Source: a bacterium (GTDB lineage Bacteria > Krumholzibacteriota > Krumholzibacteriia > G020349025). From it: a stretch of 52,966 bases of DNA. Shown here one piece after another: positions 32,323-41,118 of the stretch. A model generated the notes under the pieces. That model did no database searches, had not been told where the DNA came from, and worked only from the letters and a program-made list of their open reading frames with translations. The stretch covers positions 1 to 52,966 of the forward strand of contig JANLSU010000091.1 of NCBI GenBank assembly GCA_031362565.1, written 5' to 3'. Position 1 is the first letter of the stretch; each line of letters begins with the position of its first letter. The translations under genes were made by a program, and so were the position numbers.

Positions 32323-34476
32323 CTAGAACCGCTGCGTCGCAAACACCGCAAAGCGGTGGGCACGGTAGTCGAGCGAGCTGTCACCCAGGAAGACGGCGTT
32401 CGAGACTCCGCCGGCGGCGACGTTCAGCAGTTGCACGTTCTCGCTCGCGAAATCATTGACATCGAAGCGCTCGAAGGCGTAACGCCCGGCGATCTCGAGA
32501 TCGTGCGAGACGTGATAGCGGGCCTCGATGGCTACGTCCTGCAGGTCATAGCGCGTGTCCGGCAGGTCGACTGCGGTGTGCTTGAAGTTCCCGAGGTCAT
32601 AGACGCCGGTCGCCCGGCTGAAGGTGTAGGAAACCTCGACATCGAGGCGCTCGGGCTTCGCCCACCAGTCGGCGGACGTATACATATAGGTGTTGCGGTC
32701 GGAAATCGCCGCGGTCCAGCTTGTCGTGTCGGAGAGGACCACGGTGGCGCCGGATTCGCGTGATTTTTGATCGAGCGCCGAGCGTTCATAGCCGCCGCCC
32801 AGCGTCCACATGAAGCGCTCCTGCGGGGTCACCGTCGCATAGGCCGCGACAAGGTGGTGCTTCGCATCGCGCAACCCCAACGCGGACTTGTTGTAGTTGT
32901 CGTGCGCGAAGTCGTACGCACCACCGAAGACCAAGCGCGGATTCGGGGTCCACGAAACCGCCGTACCCAAACGGTTCTGGATGCGGTCCGCGATATCGAA
33001 CCGGCGCAAGCCTGGCTGTTCCTCGAACGCACCCGCGCCATTCCGATAGTCGTCGACCGCGAAGCCCGTGCCCTCGCGTTTGCCATGCCGGTAGTCGGCT
33101 CGCAGCATCAATCCACTCGCTGGGCGCACCCGGATGTGGCCCCCCAGAACGTTCTCGTCGTCCTGCTCGAGCTCGCGGAAAGTGCGGTCGCGGCGCCGAA
33201 ATTCGTACAGGCCGCCAACAGTGATCTGACGCGCGACATCGAGATCGACATCGATCCCGCTGACCTTTTGCGTGTTGCCGAATGGGTCGTTGGTGCGCAG
33301 GCCGGCGTTCCACGTCTGATCCAGGCGCGCACCGCCGGTAAACGTGTACTCGGGCGTGGTGTTGTCGTAGGTGTCGTAGTGGTACCGGACGGTGCCCGAC
33401 AGGCGCGACCAGGGGCGCGACGTGAGCCGGTAGTCCTGCGTGAACACCGTCGCCTCGCCCTTGGTGCTGCGCGCCGGCAACGAATCGAGCGCCGATTCCG
33501 GGATCGCGGTGTTGACCGTGTACGGCAGCCACTTGTCGTTCTGCTCCGCCCGGCTGACCGCCACCTGAGCGCTGAAGATCGTCTGGTGCGGCAGTTGGGT
33601 GACGACGAGGAGATTGCCCCGCACGGTATGATTATCGGGCGCGAGGTCGAGCTGCCCCTGGGCGCTGCCATCGCCGTTGGTGTAGAAACTTGGGCCCGTG
33701 CGGTCGGTAAGCCGCTTCGGATTGTCGAGCAGGATGCGATCGACGCGGTTGATGAACTGCGACACGCCGGCGCCACCCTGCACGGTAACGCGCGGTCGGC
33801 GGTACTCGAGCACTGCATCGGCGTCGATGATCCGCTGTGAAATGGGCAGCGGCAGTTCGATGGCACTGTTGAATCCAAAGGCCATTCCGTACGCCTTGCT
33901 GCCGGAGCGCTGGCGCCGCGTGCCGCGGACATCCAGACTCCAGTGCTTGTCGGCCCGCGCTCGCACCCGCGCCTTCGAAACATCGGTACGGAACCCGAGC
34001 GGGATCCGCCCGGCGTCCTTCAGGAGATCCGTCATTGTCGCGACATAGGCGGCGGGATTGTCCTGATTCAACCGCTGCAACGAGTCCGGCAGCGAAAAGA
34101 CGCCGGCCCGGCCTTGCGTATAGGGCGTCCGCGACACCCAGCTCAAATTGTGCGGCACCTGCGCGGAACTCACGTCGACCCGCAGCCGCGCGCCGTTGGA
34201 ATATGTCAGTGCCGTCATTTGGTCGTTCGCCAACGCATGCACGCCGCGGAGCAATACCGCGTGCCGCCCCTGAGCGTTGTATAAGTAGAACGACTCCAGA
34301 AGGCCGCCCTGCGGCACGTCCCGGAATTCCTGGAACTTGGCTTCGGGTGCATTCTGATTCCACCACTGGCCGCCGAAGCGAATCTCGCCCTGCGTGTCCG
34401 ATTGCGCGCCCGCAGGCGCGGCGACGGACATCATCCCGAGAGCGAGGAGCGCGGCAAAGAAGCGTTTGTTGCTCAT
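32323..34476 (-). CDS. MtrB/PioB-family decaheme-associated outer-membrane beta-barrel
   Basis: Signal peptide; AKFQEFRDVP.G, ELPLPI, LAPDN, LRRFDIADR, terminal F; directly downstream of a decaheme cytochrome; GGAGG RBS. Confidence 0.88.
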   Translation of the reverse strand: MSNKRFFAALLALGMMSVAAPAGAQSDTQGEIRFGGQWWNQNAPEAKFQEFRDVPQGGLLESFYLYNAQGRHAVLLRGVHALANDQMTALTYSNGARLRVDVSSAQVPHNLSWVSRTPYTQGRAGVFSLPDSLQRLNQDNPAAYVATMTDLLKDAGRIPLGFRTDVSKARVRARADKHWSLDVRGTRRQRSGSKAYGMAFGFNSAIELPLPISQRIIDADAVLEYRRPRVTVQGGAGVSQFINRVDRILLDNPKRLTDRTGPSFYTNGDGSAQGQLDLAPDNHTVRGNLLVVTQLPHQTIFSAQVAVSRAEQNDKWLPYTVNTAIPESALDSLPARSTKGEATVFTQDYRLTSRPWSRLSGTVRYHYDTYDNTTPEYTFTGGARLDQTWNAGLRTNDPFGNTQKVSGIDVDLDVARQITVGGLYEFRRRDRTFRELEQDDENVLGGHIRVRPASGLMLRADYRHGKREGTGFAVDDYRNGAGAFEEQPGLRRFDIADRIQNRLGTAVSWTPNPRLVFGGAYDFAHDNYNKSALGLRDAKHHLVAAYATVTPQERFMWTLGGGYERSALDQKSRESGATVVLSDTTSWTAAISDRNTYMYTSADWWAKPERLDVEVSYTFSRATGVYDLGNFKHTAVDLPDTRYDLQDVAIEARYHVSHDLEIAGRYAFERFDVNDFASENVQLLNVAAGGVSNAVFLGDSSLDYRAHRFAVFATQRF

Positions 34477-34486
34477 GGCCAACCTC

Positions 34487-35407
34487 CTACCTCAGGAAGA
34501 ACTTGCCGGACGGGTGATTCGAGCCGTGAATCTGGCTGTGGCAGTTGACGCACGACCGGTTGAACAAGCGATTGCTGCCGAGGTCCGGGGAGTCGTACAG
34601 CGTGCTTGGATGGCGCGTCGTGATATGACAACGCTGGCACAAGAACGGCAACTTCCCTGCTAGAACTTGCGGATTGTTGGAACCGTGCGGGTCGTGGCAG
34701 TTCAAGCAGTCCTCACGCACCGGGGCGTGCTCCCACAGCATTGGGCCGCGCTTGTCGGCATGGCACGAGATGCACAGCTCGCTCGTGGTCTGTGCCCGGA
34801 GGTTGTGCGGCGACACCGAACCGTGCGGGTTGTGGCAATCGACGCAGCTCATGCCACCTTCGCGGAGCGGCATGTGCGCCGTGCGCGCCATGGCGATTTG
34901 TTTATCGACGTGACACTTGAGACAGAGCTGGCTCGCGTCCTTTGCCGTCAGCAGGCCGGCGCCACCCGGGCTCTTCGGGTTGTGCACACTGTGACACTCG
35001 ATGCACTTCACGTCGCGCTTGGCATGCTCGGCTTGGGACCAAAACGCCTGTTCGCCCCCGTTGTGGCAAGTGATGCAGGCCTGGTTGGCCTCCATCGCCG
35101 GCGCCTTCTTGAAATTCCGGATTGTCGCGAATCCCGGGTTGCTGCTGTCGCCCGCCGCCTCGGCATGTGCGGAACCAGGCCCATGGCAGGACTCGCAGCC
35201 GACCACATCACCGACGAGTTTGGCATCCATTTCGGCGCGGGTGTGCGGATTCGACTGAAAATGATTCCATTGGTCCTCGTGGCACTCCTTACAGGCTTGC
35301 GAACCGATATTCGTCGGCGGCGACTGAGACCAGCAGGGTTCGCCCCCCCAGGCCACCAGCACGCAACCGAGCAACACGGCGTCGAACGGCGAGCGACGAT
35401 ACTTCAT
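34487..35407 (-). CDS. DmsE/MtrA/PioA-family decaheme c-type cytochrome
   Basis: Ten CxxCH motifs counted; CESCHGPGS.H, CHNPHGS, KRGP.LWEHAPV.E.C..CH.PHGS, CHSQIHGSNHPSG. Confidence 0.93.
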   Translation of the reverse strand: MKYRRSPFDAVLLGCVLVAWGGEPCWSQSPPTNIGSQACKECHEDQWNHFQSNPHTRAEMDAKLVGDVVGCESCHGPGSAHAEAAGDSSNPGFATIRNFKKAPAMEANQACITCHNGGEQAFWSQAEHAKRDVKCIECHSVHNPKSPGGAGLLTAKDASQLCLKCHVDKQIAMARTAHMPLREGGMSCVDCHNPHGSVSPHNLRAQTTSELCISCHADKRGPMLWEHAPVREDCLNCHDPHGSNNPQVLAGKLPFLCQRCHITTRHPSTLYDSPDLGSNRLFNRSCVNCHSQIHGSNHPSGKFFLR

Positions 35408-35683
35408 GGAGTCACCCCGGCTCTCTGTGACATTTGCACGCACCAGAATTCGCATGAAACGGGCCGCTGTCAAACGACAAGATTCGTCCTTTGAGTCGGG
35501 GACCCCGCGCCAAACAGGATGCTGCATTTCTTGTCCTAGCGTCGACTCGCAGCGTAGTGCGTCGCAGCCCGGCTTTTCAACACATCCTCGATGACATATT
35601 CGTCATGAGATTGACGCGCGGCGCCCTCGGGCTCGTCCGGCAGACGCTTCCCGGCCACGCCCGGTTCCGAGTACCCTCTCGGG

Positions 35684-36790
35684 ATGAAGCACCGTCGACC
35701 AAATGCACCGGCTTGGCTGTGCGCCTCGGCGCTATTGTTCGGGGCACGAGCGCGTGCTGCGCCGGTGGATGTTCTCCCGGAAGCCGCTGTCGAGCACTTC
35801 GCCGCGCTCGCGCTCGCGTGTGTCCACCAGGAGTACCCGAACAAGATCGCCCACGTGTTGGCGAGCGATGCCGACGCGCTACCGCCGCGCGAACTCACGC
35901 CCGCCTTCTACGGCTGCTATGACTGGCATTCGAGCGTGCATGGCCACTGGCTGCTCGCCCGCCTCGCGCGCGCGTATCCGAATGCGCCGTTCACGCCGCG
36001 GGCGCGCGCGGCGCTGGCAGCCGATTTGACGCCCGAGCGCATCGCCGCTGAAGTGCGCTACTTGCAGGGCGCCGGCCGGGTTTCCTTCGAGCGCCCCTAC
36101 GGCTTCGCCTGGCTGCTGCAGTTGCATGCCGAACTGTCGGAATGGAACGATCCGCAAGCCCGCGACTGGGCCGGGGCGCTCGCACCGCTCGCGCAGCTCG
36201 GCGCGGCGCGACTCACAAACTGGTTGCCCAAGCTCACCCATCCGATCCGGATCGGCGAGCACGACCAAACGGCATTCGCGCTCGGTCTTGCGATCGATTG
36301 GGCGCGGACGGTGCACGATTCGACAAGCGAAGCGGTCTTCGTCGCCGCGGTGCGCCGGTTTTACGTCGGTGATCACGCCTGTCCGCTGAGCTACGAACCC
36401 TCGGGGCAGGACTTCTTGTCACCGTGTCTTGCCGAAGCGGATGTGGTCGGACGCGTGCTGACGGCGCCGGATTTTGCGGCGTGGCTGGCCCGATTTCTCC
36501 CGGATCTGCCGGCCGACGGCAGTGACACGTGGCTCGATCCCGGTGTGGTCACGGACCCCACCGACCCGAAGCTCGCACATCTCGATGGGCTCAATCTGTC
36601 GCGCGCCTGGATGCTGGAGGGCATTGCGGCACGCCTCCCCAAGGGGGACGGGCGCATTCCGGCGCTTTCCAAGACCGCACGCCGGCACCGCGAGATGGCA
36701 CTACCCCGCGTGACCGGCGAACACTACGAGGGCGGTCACTGGCTGGGCAGCTTCGCGACCTACCTCGTGACCGGGCGCGGGTTGCCATGA
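35684..36790 (+). CDS. DUF2891 domain protein, probably secreted
   Basis: EYPNK, PAFYGCYDWHSSVHGHW, FERPYG.AW, EPSG.DFLSP, HLDGLNLSRAW, Y.GGHWL.SFA. Confidence 0.85.
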   Translation: MKHRRPNAPAWLCASALLFGARARAAPVDVLPEAAVEHFAALALACVHQEYPNKIAHVLASDADALPPRELTPAFYGCYDWHSSVHGHWLLARLARAYPNAPFTPRARAALAADLTPERIAAEVRYLQGAGRVSFERPYGFAWLLQLHAELSEWNDPQARDWAGALAPLAQLGAARLTNWLPKLTHPIRIGEHDQTAFALGLAIDWARTVHDSTSEAVFVAAVRRFYVGDHACPLSYEPSGQDFLSPCLAEADVVGRVLTAPDFAAWLARFLPDLPADGSDTWLDPGVVTDPTDPKLAHLDGLNLSRAWMLEGIAARLPKGDGRIPALSKTARRHREMALPRVTGEHYEGGHWLGSFATYLVTGRGLP

Positions 36791-36812
36791 GCCCGCGAGC
36801 CGCGTGCGAGCA

Positions 36813-36992
36813 TCACCGTTGACTGACCCACCAGCGGCGGATCTTGTACTCGAGAACGTTGCGCGTCTCGGCTTCGAAAATCCTCCACACCTGCGCATCC
36901 ATCGGCACGCCAACGTACACACCCGCTTGCTCGCGGATCGCGAAGCCGAGGTAGTTCTGTTCCATCGTCGAGTCTACGGTTCTGTGGGTCAT
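36813..36992 (-). CDS. small hypothetical protein (59 aa)
   Basis: GGAGG 8 nt before ATG 36992; protein-like composition; fills an intergenic gap. Confidence 0.6.
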   Translation of the reverse strand: MTHRTVDSTMEQNYLGFAIREQAGVYVGVPMDAQVWRIFEAETRNVLEYKIRRWWVSQR

Positions 36993-37263
36993 CTCAGTCA
37001 CCTCCGGTAATGGCCGGCAAGCGGCCTTTCTCTGGACTCATGCACAGTTGGGGCCACCCGGGCCGAACAGCGCAAACAGCTGCACAAACGACAGTTAAAT
37101 TGACGCAAGCGATCGAGGAGGCCCAGTGGTGCTACGCAGAATTCGCGCCGCTCGCAAGCTTTGCGCCCGGGCTTGGCCTTGGGCGCAAGAGACCCAAGTA
37201 CCGGCGGTCCCGTCTTCGGGCTAGGATTCCGGGGTGGACTTCAAAGGGCTAACTGGGGGTTCC

Positions 37264-37728
37264 ATGGTTCACGATTGGTTCCCGAACGGCGCCGCGCACT
37301 ACCTGATTGGCGGCGTGTTGATCGGCGTCGCCGTCAGTTTCGCATTCGCGATGTCGGGCCTCGTCACCGGCATGAGCACGGTTTTCAGCGCCGCGTGGTC
37401 GTACGTTTCGGATCGGTCGTTTTTCCAACAGGCGCGATTCACGACCAGCCGTCAGTGGCGCCTGGCACTCGCTGCGGGCCTCGTACTGGGAGGCTTGTTG
37501 TTCGTGGCCACCGGCGGATCCGCATTTCAAACGCACGTGAGTTGGTGGCAGCTGGCGATCGGTGGATTCATCGCCGGATTCGGCGCCCGCATGAGCAACG
37601 GCTGCACCTCCGGCCATGGGATCTGCGGTCTCGCTTCGTTCCAACTGCCGTCACTCACCGCAGTCGTTACATTCCTGCTGACCGCAATGATTGCGGCGCG
37701 CATCGTCGCGCTGATCGGGGGCACATGA
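37264..37728 (+). CDS. YeeE/YedE-family sulfur-compound transporter subunit
   Basis: GGVLIG, G.VTGMS, GFGARMSNGCTSGHGICGL. Confidence 0.88.
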   Translation: MVHDWFPNGAAHYLIGGVLIGVAVSFAFAMSGLVTGMSTVFSAAWSYVSDRSFFQQARFTTSRQWRLALAAGLVLGGLLFVATGGSAFQTHVSWWQLAIGGFIAGFGARMSNGCTSGHGICGLASFQLPSLTAVVTFLLTAMIAARIVALIGGT

Positions 37729-38159
37729 GCCGGGCGACTCTGGGTGTGGCGCTTGTGAGCGGGATAGGATTCGGCTTCGGCCTCGCGTACTCGACCATGA
37801 CGCGACCCGAAGTCGTACTCGATTTTCTGCGCTGGCGCGATTTTGGGATGTTGCTCGTGCTGGGTGGGGCCGTGGCCGTCACGACACCCACGTATCAGCT
37901 CCTCCCGAGACTGTTGCGGAAGCCGGTGCTCGCCGACTCGTTCGGGAAGCATCACTCGGTCATGAGCCGGCAAACGATCGGCGGGGCCGCGCTGTTCGGG
38001 ATCGGATGGGGCATCGGTGGGGTGTGCCCCGGTCCCGCGATCGCCGGTCTCGGCGCCGGAAATTGGCCGCTCCTCGTCGCGCTCGGCGCCATGCTGTTGG
38101 GCGCGTACGTCCAGGGCTGGATCGCCAGCCGTCGCCGCGTTGCCGCGCCCGATCGCTGA
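37725..38159 (+). CDS. YeeE/YedE-family partner subunit
   Basis: GIGFGFGL..S.M..PEVVLDFL, GAALFGIGWGIGGVCPGP; ATGA overlap with the previous gene. Confidence 0.88.
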   Translation: MSRATLGVALVSGIGFGFGLAYSTMTRPEVVLDFLRWRDFGMLLVLGGAVAVTTPTYQLLPRLLRKPVLADSFGKHHSVMSRQTIGGAALFGIGWGIGGVCPGPAIAGLGAGNWPLLVALGAMLLGAYVQGWIASRRRVAAPDR

Positions 38160-38197
38160 AGCTTAAATCGCCGTACGAATGCCCGGACCCGCGGTAG

Positions 38198-38400
38198 CTA
38201 CCGGTACAAGCCTTTGACACGACCCCAACTCGTGGGCACGACTGCGATCCGCCAATCCGGTAGACCGGTCGCGACCCAGACTTGCGAATACGACGAGTCC
38301 AATCCTGGGTACCTTGCGAACGCGATCGTCTGGCCGTCGGGCGACCAGGCGGGCGATCTGCCTTCCGTGAGCTGCACCGCGGGGCGATGGAGTGCCTTCG
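38198..38400 (-). pseudogene. 3' remnant of a TolB/PD40-repeat secreted protein ending SWGRVKGLYR
   Basis: QLTEGRSPAWSPDGQTIAFAR is one PD40 repeat, followed by the tail motif; no signal peptide or further repeats upstream. Confidence 0.65.
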
Positions 38401-38586
38401 TGACTCCAAAGTGTACTCCTGCAGCCATTCCGTGGTGAACGATTCGTCGCGGGCGGGGAGCGGCAGGCGAGTCACCCACCGGTGCTTTACATGTTCCGGA
38501 CGGCACGGTGAGTGCTCCCTGAGTGCTCAGGATCGGAACCAAGCAGTCGGAGTTCGTCAAACACCGTCCCGCAGTTCCCTCGTCCC

Positions 38587-38615
38587 TTGACTTCGGGTAT
38601 AACCATAGTTATACT
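38587..38615 (+). promoter_or_regulatory. sigma70 promoter with overlapping palindromic operator for the mazEF-like operon
   Basis: TTGACT-N17-TATACT; perfect inverted repeat GTATAAC-cata-GTTATAC at 38597-38614. Confidence 0.85.
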
Positions 38616-38621
38616 AGTGGT

Positions 38622-38858
38622 ATGAAGACCGCCATATCGATCCCGGACCCCGTATTCCGCTCCGCCGAGGCCTTGGCCCGGCGGTTGAAGATTTCGCGCA
38701 GCCACCTCTATGCGAACGCGGTGGCGGAGTTCGTCGCCAAACACCGTCGAAACCAGCTCACCAGGCAATTGAACGACGTGTACTCCGGCACCGAGGGCGG
38801 AATCGACGCCGACTTGCTTTCCCTGCAGCAACGCTCACTCCCGGATGAGGAGTGGTGA
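38622..38858 (+). CDS. ribbon-helix-helix antitoxin (ChpI/MazE-like)
   Basis: MKTAISIPD..F..AEALARRL.ISRS.LY..A..EFV...LT..LN.VY...EW; overlaps the toxin start. Confidence 0.85.
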   Translation: MKTAISIPDPVFRSAEALARRLKISRSHLYANAVAEFVAKHRRNQLTRQLNDVYSGTEGGIDADLLSLQQRSLPDEEW

Positions 38859-39196
38859 TGCTTCGGGGAGACGTTTGGTGGGCAACGCTTCCACAGCCGG
38901 TTGGATCCGGTCCAGGATTTCGACGCCCGGTCGTTCTCGTTCAGTCCGATGCGTTCACGAGAAGCCGCATCCGCACGGTCGTGGTCGTAGTCGTCAGTTC
39001 GAACGCACGCCTGGCGTTGGCTCCGGGAAACGTGCAACTTTCGGCCGAAGTATCGGGGTTACAGCGGGACTCCGTCGCCAACGTGTCGCAAATCATCACG
39101 ATCGACAAGGCGTTCCTTGTCGAACGATGCGGACGCCTTCCCGAATCGATCATCCGTCAGATCGAAGAAGGACTGCGCGTCGTTCTCGCCCTGTGA
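38852..39196 (+). CDS. mazF: PemK/MazF-family endoribonuclease toxin
   Basis: RGDVWWA.L..P.GS.PG.RRPVVLVQSD.F, PGNV.L, SGL..DSVANVSQI.TIDK. Confidence 0.92.
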   Translation: MVMLRGDVWWATLPQPVGSGPGFRRPVVLVQSDAFTRSRIRTVVVVVVSSNARLALAPGNVQLSAEVSGLQRDSVANVSQIITIDKAFLVERCGRLPESIIRQIEEGLRVVLAL

Positions 39197-39409
39197 CGGT
39201 CGCTCTTTCCGCGCAACGACCCGCACTTTCTGGGGAGCGACTTCGACCTGCCGCCGACACGGGCCTCGGAAGTCATCGGTCGTGTAGCGGCGGCTCGGGT
39301 TGGAAAACCGAGGCGGGCTGGCAACGCTCGCCACCACGACCGGGGCGTCGAGTGCCGCGTCAGTTTCATATTGCGAACCTGGCACCACGGCCCTTGCCGC
39401 AGGGTCACG

Positions 39410-39750
39410 CTATCGGACGCGCACCAACTGCCGGCTGGCGGTCAAGCCTCGGGTCTCCAGCCGGTAGAAGTAGATGCCTGGTGCGGTCAGAACGCCTCGA
39501 TCGTCGCGCCCATCCCACGAAGCATCGTGGTGTCCGGCGTCGAGGGTTCGATCGACCACGCGACGAACTCGGCGGCCGGCGGCGTCGTAGATCGTGAGGC
39601 GGGCGGGCGCTCGGGTGCCCAGGTCGAAGGCGATCGCCACGCTTCCGCCTCGGAACGGGTTGGGATGACTCGTGCCGAGCCGACTCCGAAGCACGATCGC
39701 TCCGATCGTTGCCGATACCGGCGCGAAGAACGCGCTCTCCCCTCGTGACT
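39410..39750 (-). pseudogene. orphan C-terminal FlgD-Ig/T9SS-type domain (gene remnant)
   Basis: SHPNPFRG...IAFDL...IYDAAGRRVRRVVD....GHH...WDGRDD.G....PGIYFYRL, with no signal peptide or cargo domain upstream. Confidence 0.7.
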
Positions 39751-39886
39751 GAGCGCGACGGTTCTCTGTGGAGCCTCTGCAACGACCAGGTCGTGCGGTG
39801 GGAGCGCTGCGGCGCGACGGCACGGTGATCCGTAAGGATTCCCCCCAACCTCTGACATGATTGCTGCTGCTGGCGAAGCCCAGAAG

Positions 39887-39970
39887 CAGAAAACGGCCGC
39901 TGGAGCCGACTCCAGCGACCGTTTCGCAAACTGGCTCCGCGGTCCGTACGATTTGCGAACCATTCGATTC
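39887..39970. repeat. cassette-boundary repeat copy A
   Basis: Hairpin AAACGGCCGCTGGAG/CTCCAGCGACCGTTT, then AACTGGCTCCGCGGTCCGTACGATTTGCGAACCATTCGATTC. Confidence 0.85.
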
Positions 39971-40029
39971 ACAATTACGCGCCGGCTCCAGGCCACTTCG
40001 AAGCTCCCGCGCCTCGGCGGCCAGAGTCT

Positions 40030-40506
40030 TCAGGCGAGCCCTTCAGGCGTGCACTCAAGAGCGAGCTCCGACGCGACCTGGGGCTCCGGTGGCGCGGGAA
40101 CTTTGCGGCTCGCGAGGAAGCGCGCGACAACCTCCGGCGGCAGGGCATCGTCGTAGCCCCAGATTCCGGGGCGAATCTCGACCTGGTACTCGGTCAGCGA
40201 GTCGACCGGAATGGTGGGGCTGAGATCAGGGCCAACGATGTCCGTCCCTTCGTCCCAGGGCGCCTGATCCTCGGCCGCCAACTGCAGCGCGTTGCGACGG
40301 TAGCTGCGTTGGGCCCGGGACGAGCCTTTGCGAGGCGCGATGCGCAACTGCCGCCGCTGGATCACCGAGCGCACGAACAGGACTGCCGCGAAGACGATGA
40401 GGATCGACACGTCCGCCTGCCTTTGGGCCACAAACAGCACCGTGAGGACGCCCGCAGTACCCAACAACGCCATCAGCACGAAGTCGGTGAGCAATGCCGT
40501 CCTCAT
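40030..40506 (-). CDS. hypothetical membrane protein (2 TM)
   Basis: GAAGGAG RBS; two hydrophobic segments and a polar tail; main ORF of cassette A-B. Confidence 0.65.
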   Translation of the reverse strand: MRTALLTDFVLMALLGTAGVLTVLFVAQRQADVSILIVFAAVLFVRSVIQRRQLRIAPRKGSSRAQRSYRRNALQLAAEDQAPWDEGTDIVGPDLSPTIPVDSLTEYQVEIRPGIWGYDDALPPEVVARFLASRKVPAPPEPQVASELALECTPEGLA

Positions 40507-40817
40507 GACTACTCCTTCGCTCGGGGTGCTGCCTGGGAGGCATCCGGGAACGTTGCGACCCGTTATTAAGCTAACATTGCTGTGTTAGGGTTCGATTGGG
40601 TCGGTGTGATGCTTCAGTGTCGGGATTTGTGGAATTCCACGCAAATACCCTCGGCCGACCACAGTCGCGCCGTTCTAGCTCGTCATCGTCGCGCAGAAGT
40701 TACTGGACGCCGCTTCTCGTTCTTGGGATCGAGAAGCACCTCGAGGAAGCCGGCTGTATGGTCCTCGAGGCCAGCCGACGCGGTGTAGATCGCCGCATCG
40801 CCGAACTCGTTCTTGAT

Positions 40818-40918
40818 GGTTCGAATCATAAGAAAGGCCCCACAGTCAAATGACTGCAGGGCCTTCGCTTCCGAAACTGGCTCCCCGGTCTGTACGATTT
40901 GCGAACCATCCGGTTCGA
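40818..40918. repeat. cassette-boundary repeat copy B
   Basis: GGTTCGAATC...AAGGCCCCACAGTCA-aa-TGACTGCAGGGCCTT...AACTGGCTCCCCGGTCTGTACGATTTGCGAACCATCCGGTTCGA. Confidence 0.92.
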
Positions 40919-41118
40919 CATCCGGCGGTGACGACTCAGATCACTGCACCGCGCGTAGACATCGGGTGTGAAGACGGTGGACAAGAGCGAAACGGTCTTG
41001 CCACCCCGCCCGCTCCCGCGGTACGTCCAGTAACCCAATCGTGAAATGTGTTCCAGCAGGCACGAGGAGTGCTCGGCGACGACGACGGGCGCGTTGTGAG
41101 CCCCGACGCAAGGCGATC

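Noticed and set aside
40569..40590. GCTAAC-attgctgt-GTTAGGG resembling attC core ends
   Set aside because: The 8-nt spacer is far too short for an attC and it occurs once; more likely a small operator or chance.
40875..40918. Functional tRNA genes at the repeats
   Set aside because: Only an acceptor-3'/CCA-like end and GGTTCG are present; no D-arm, anticodon arm or correct T-arm spacing.
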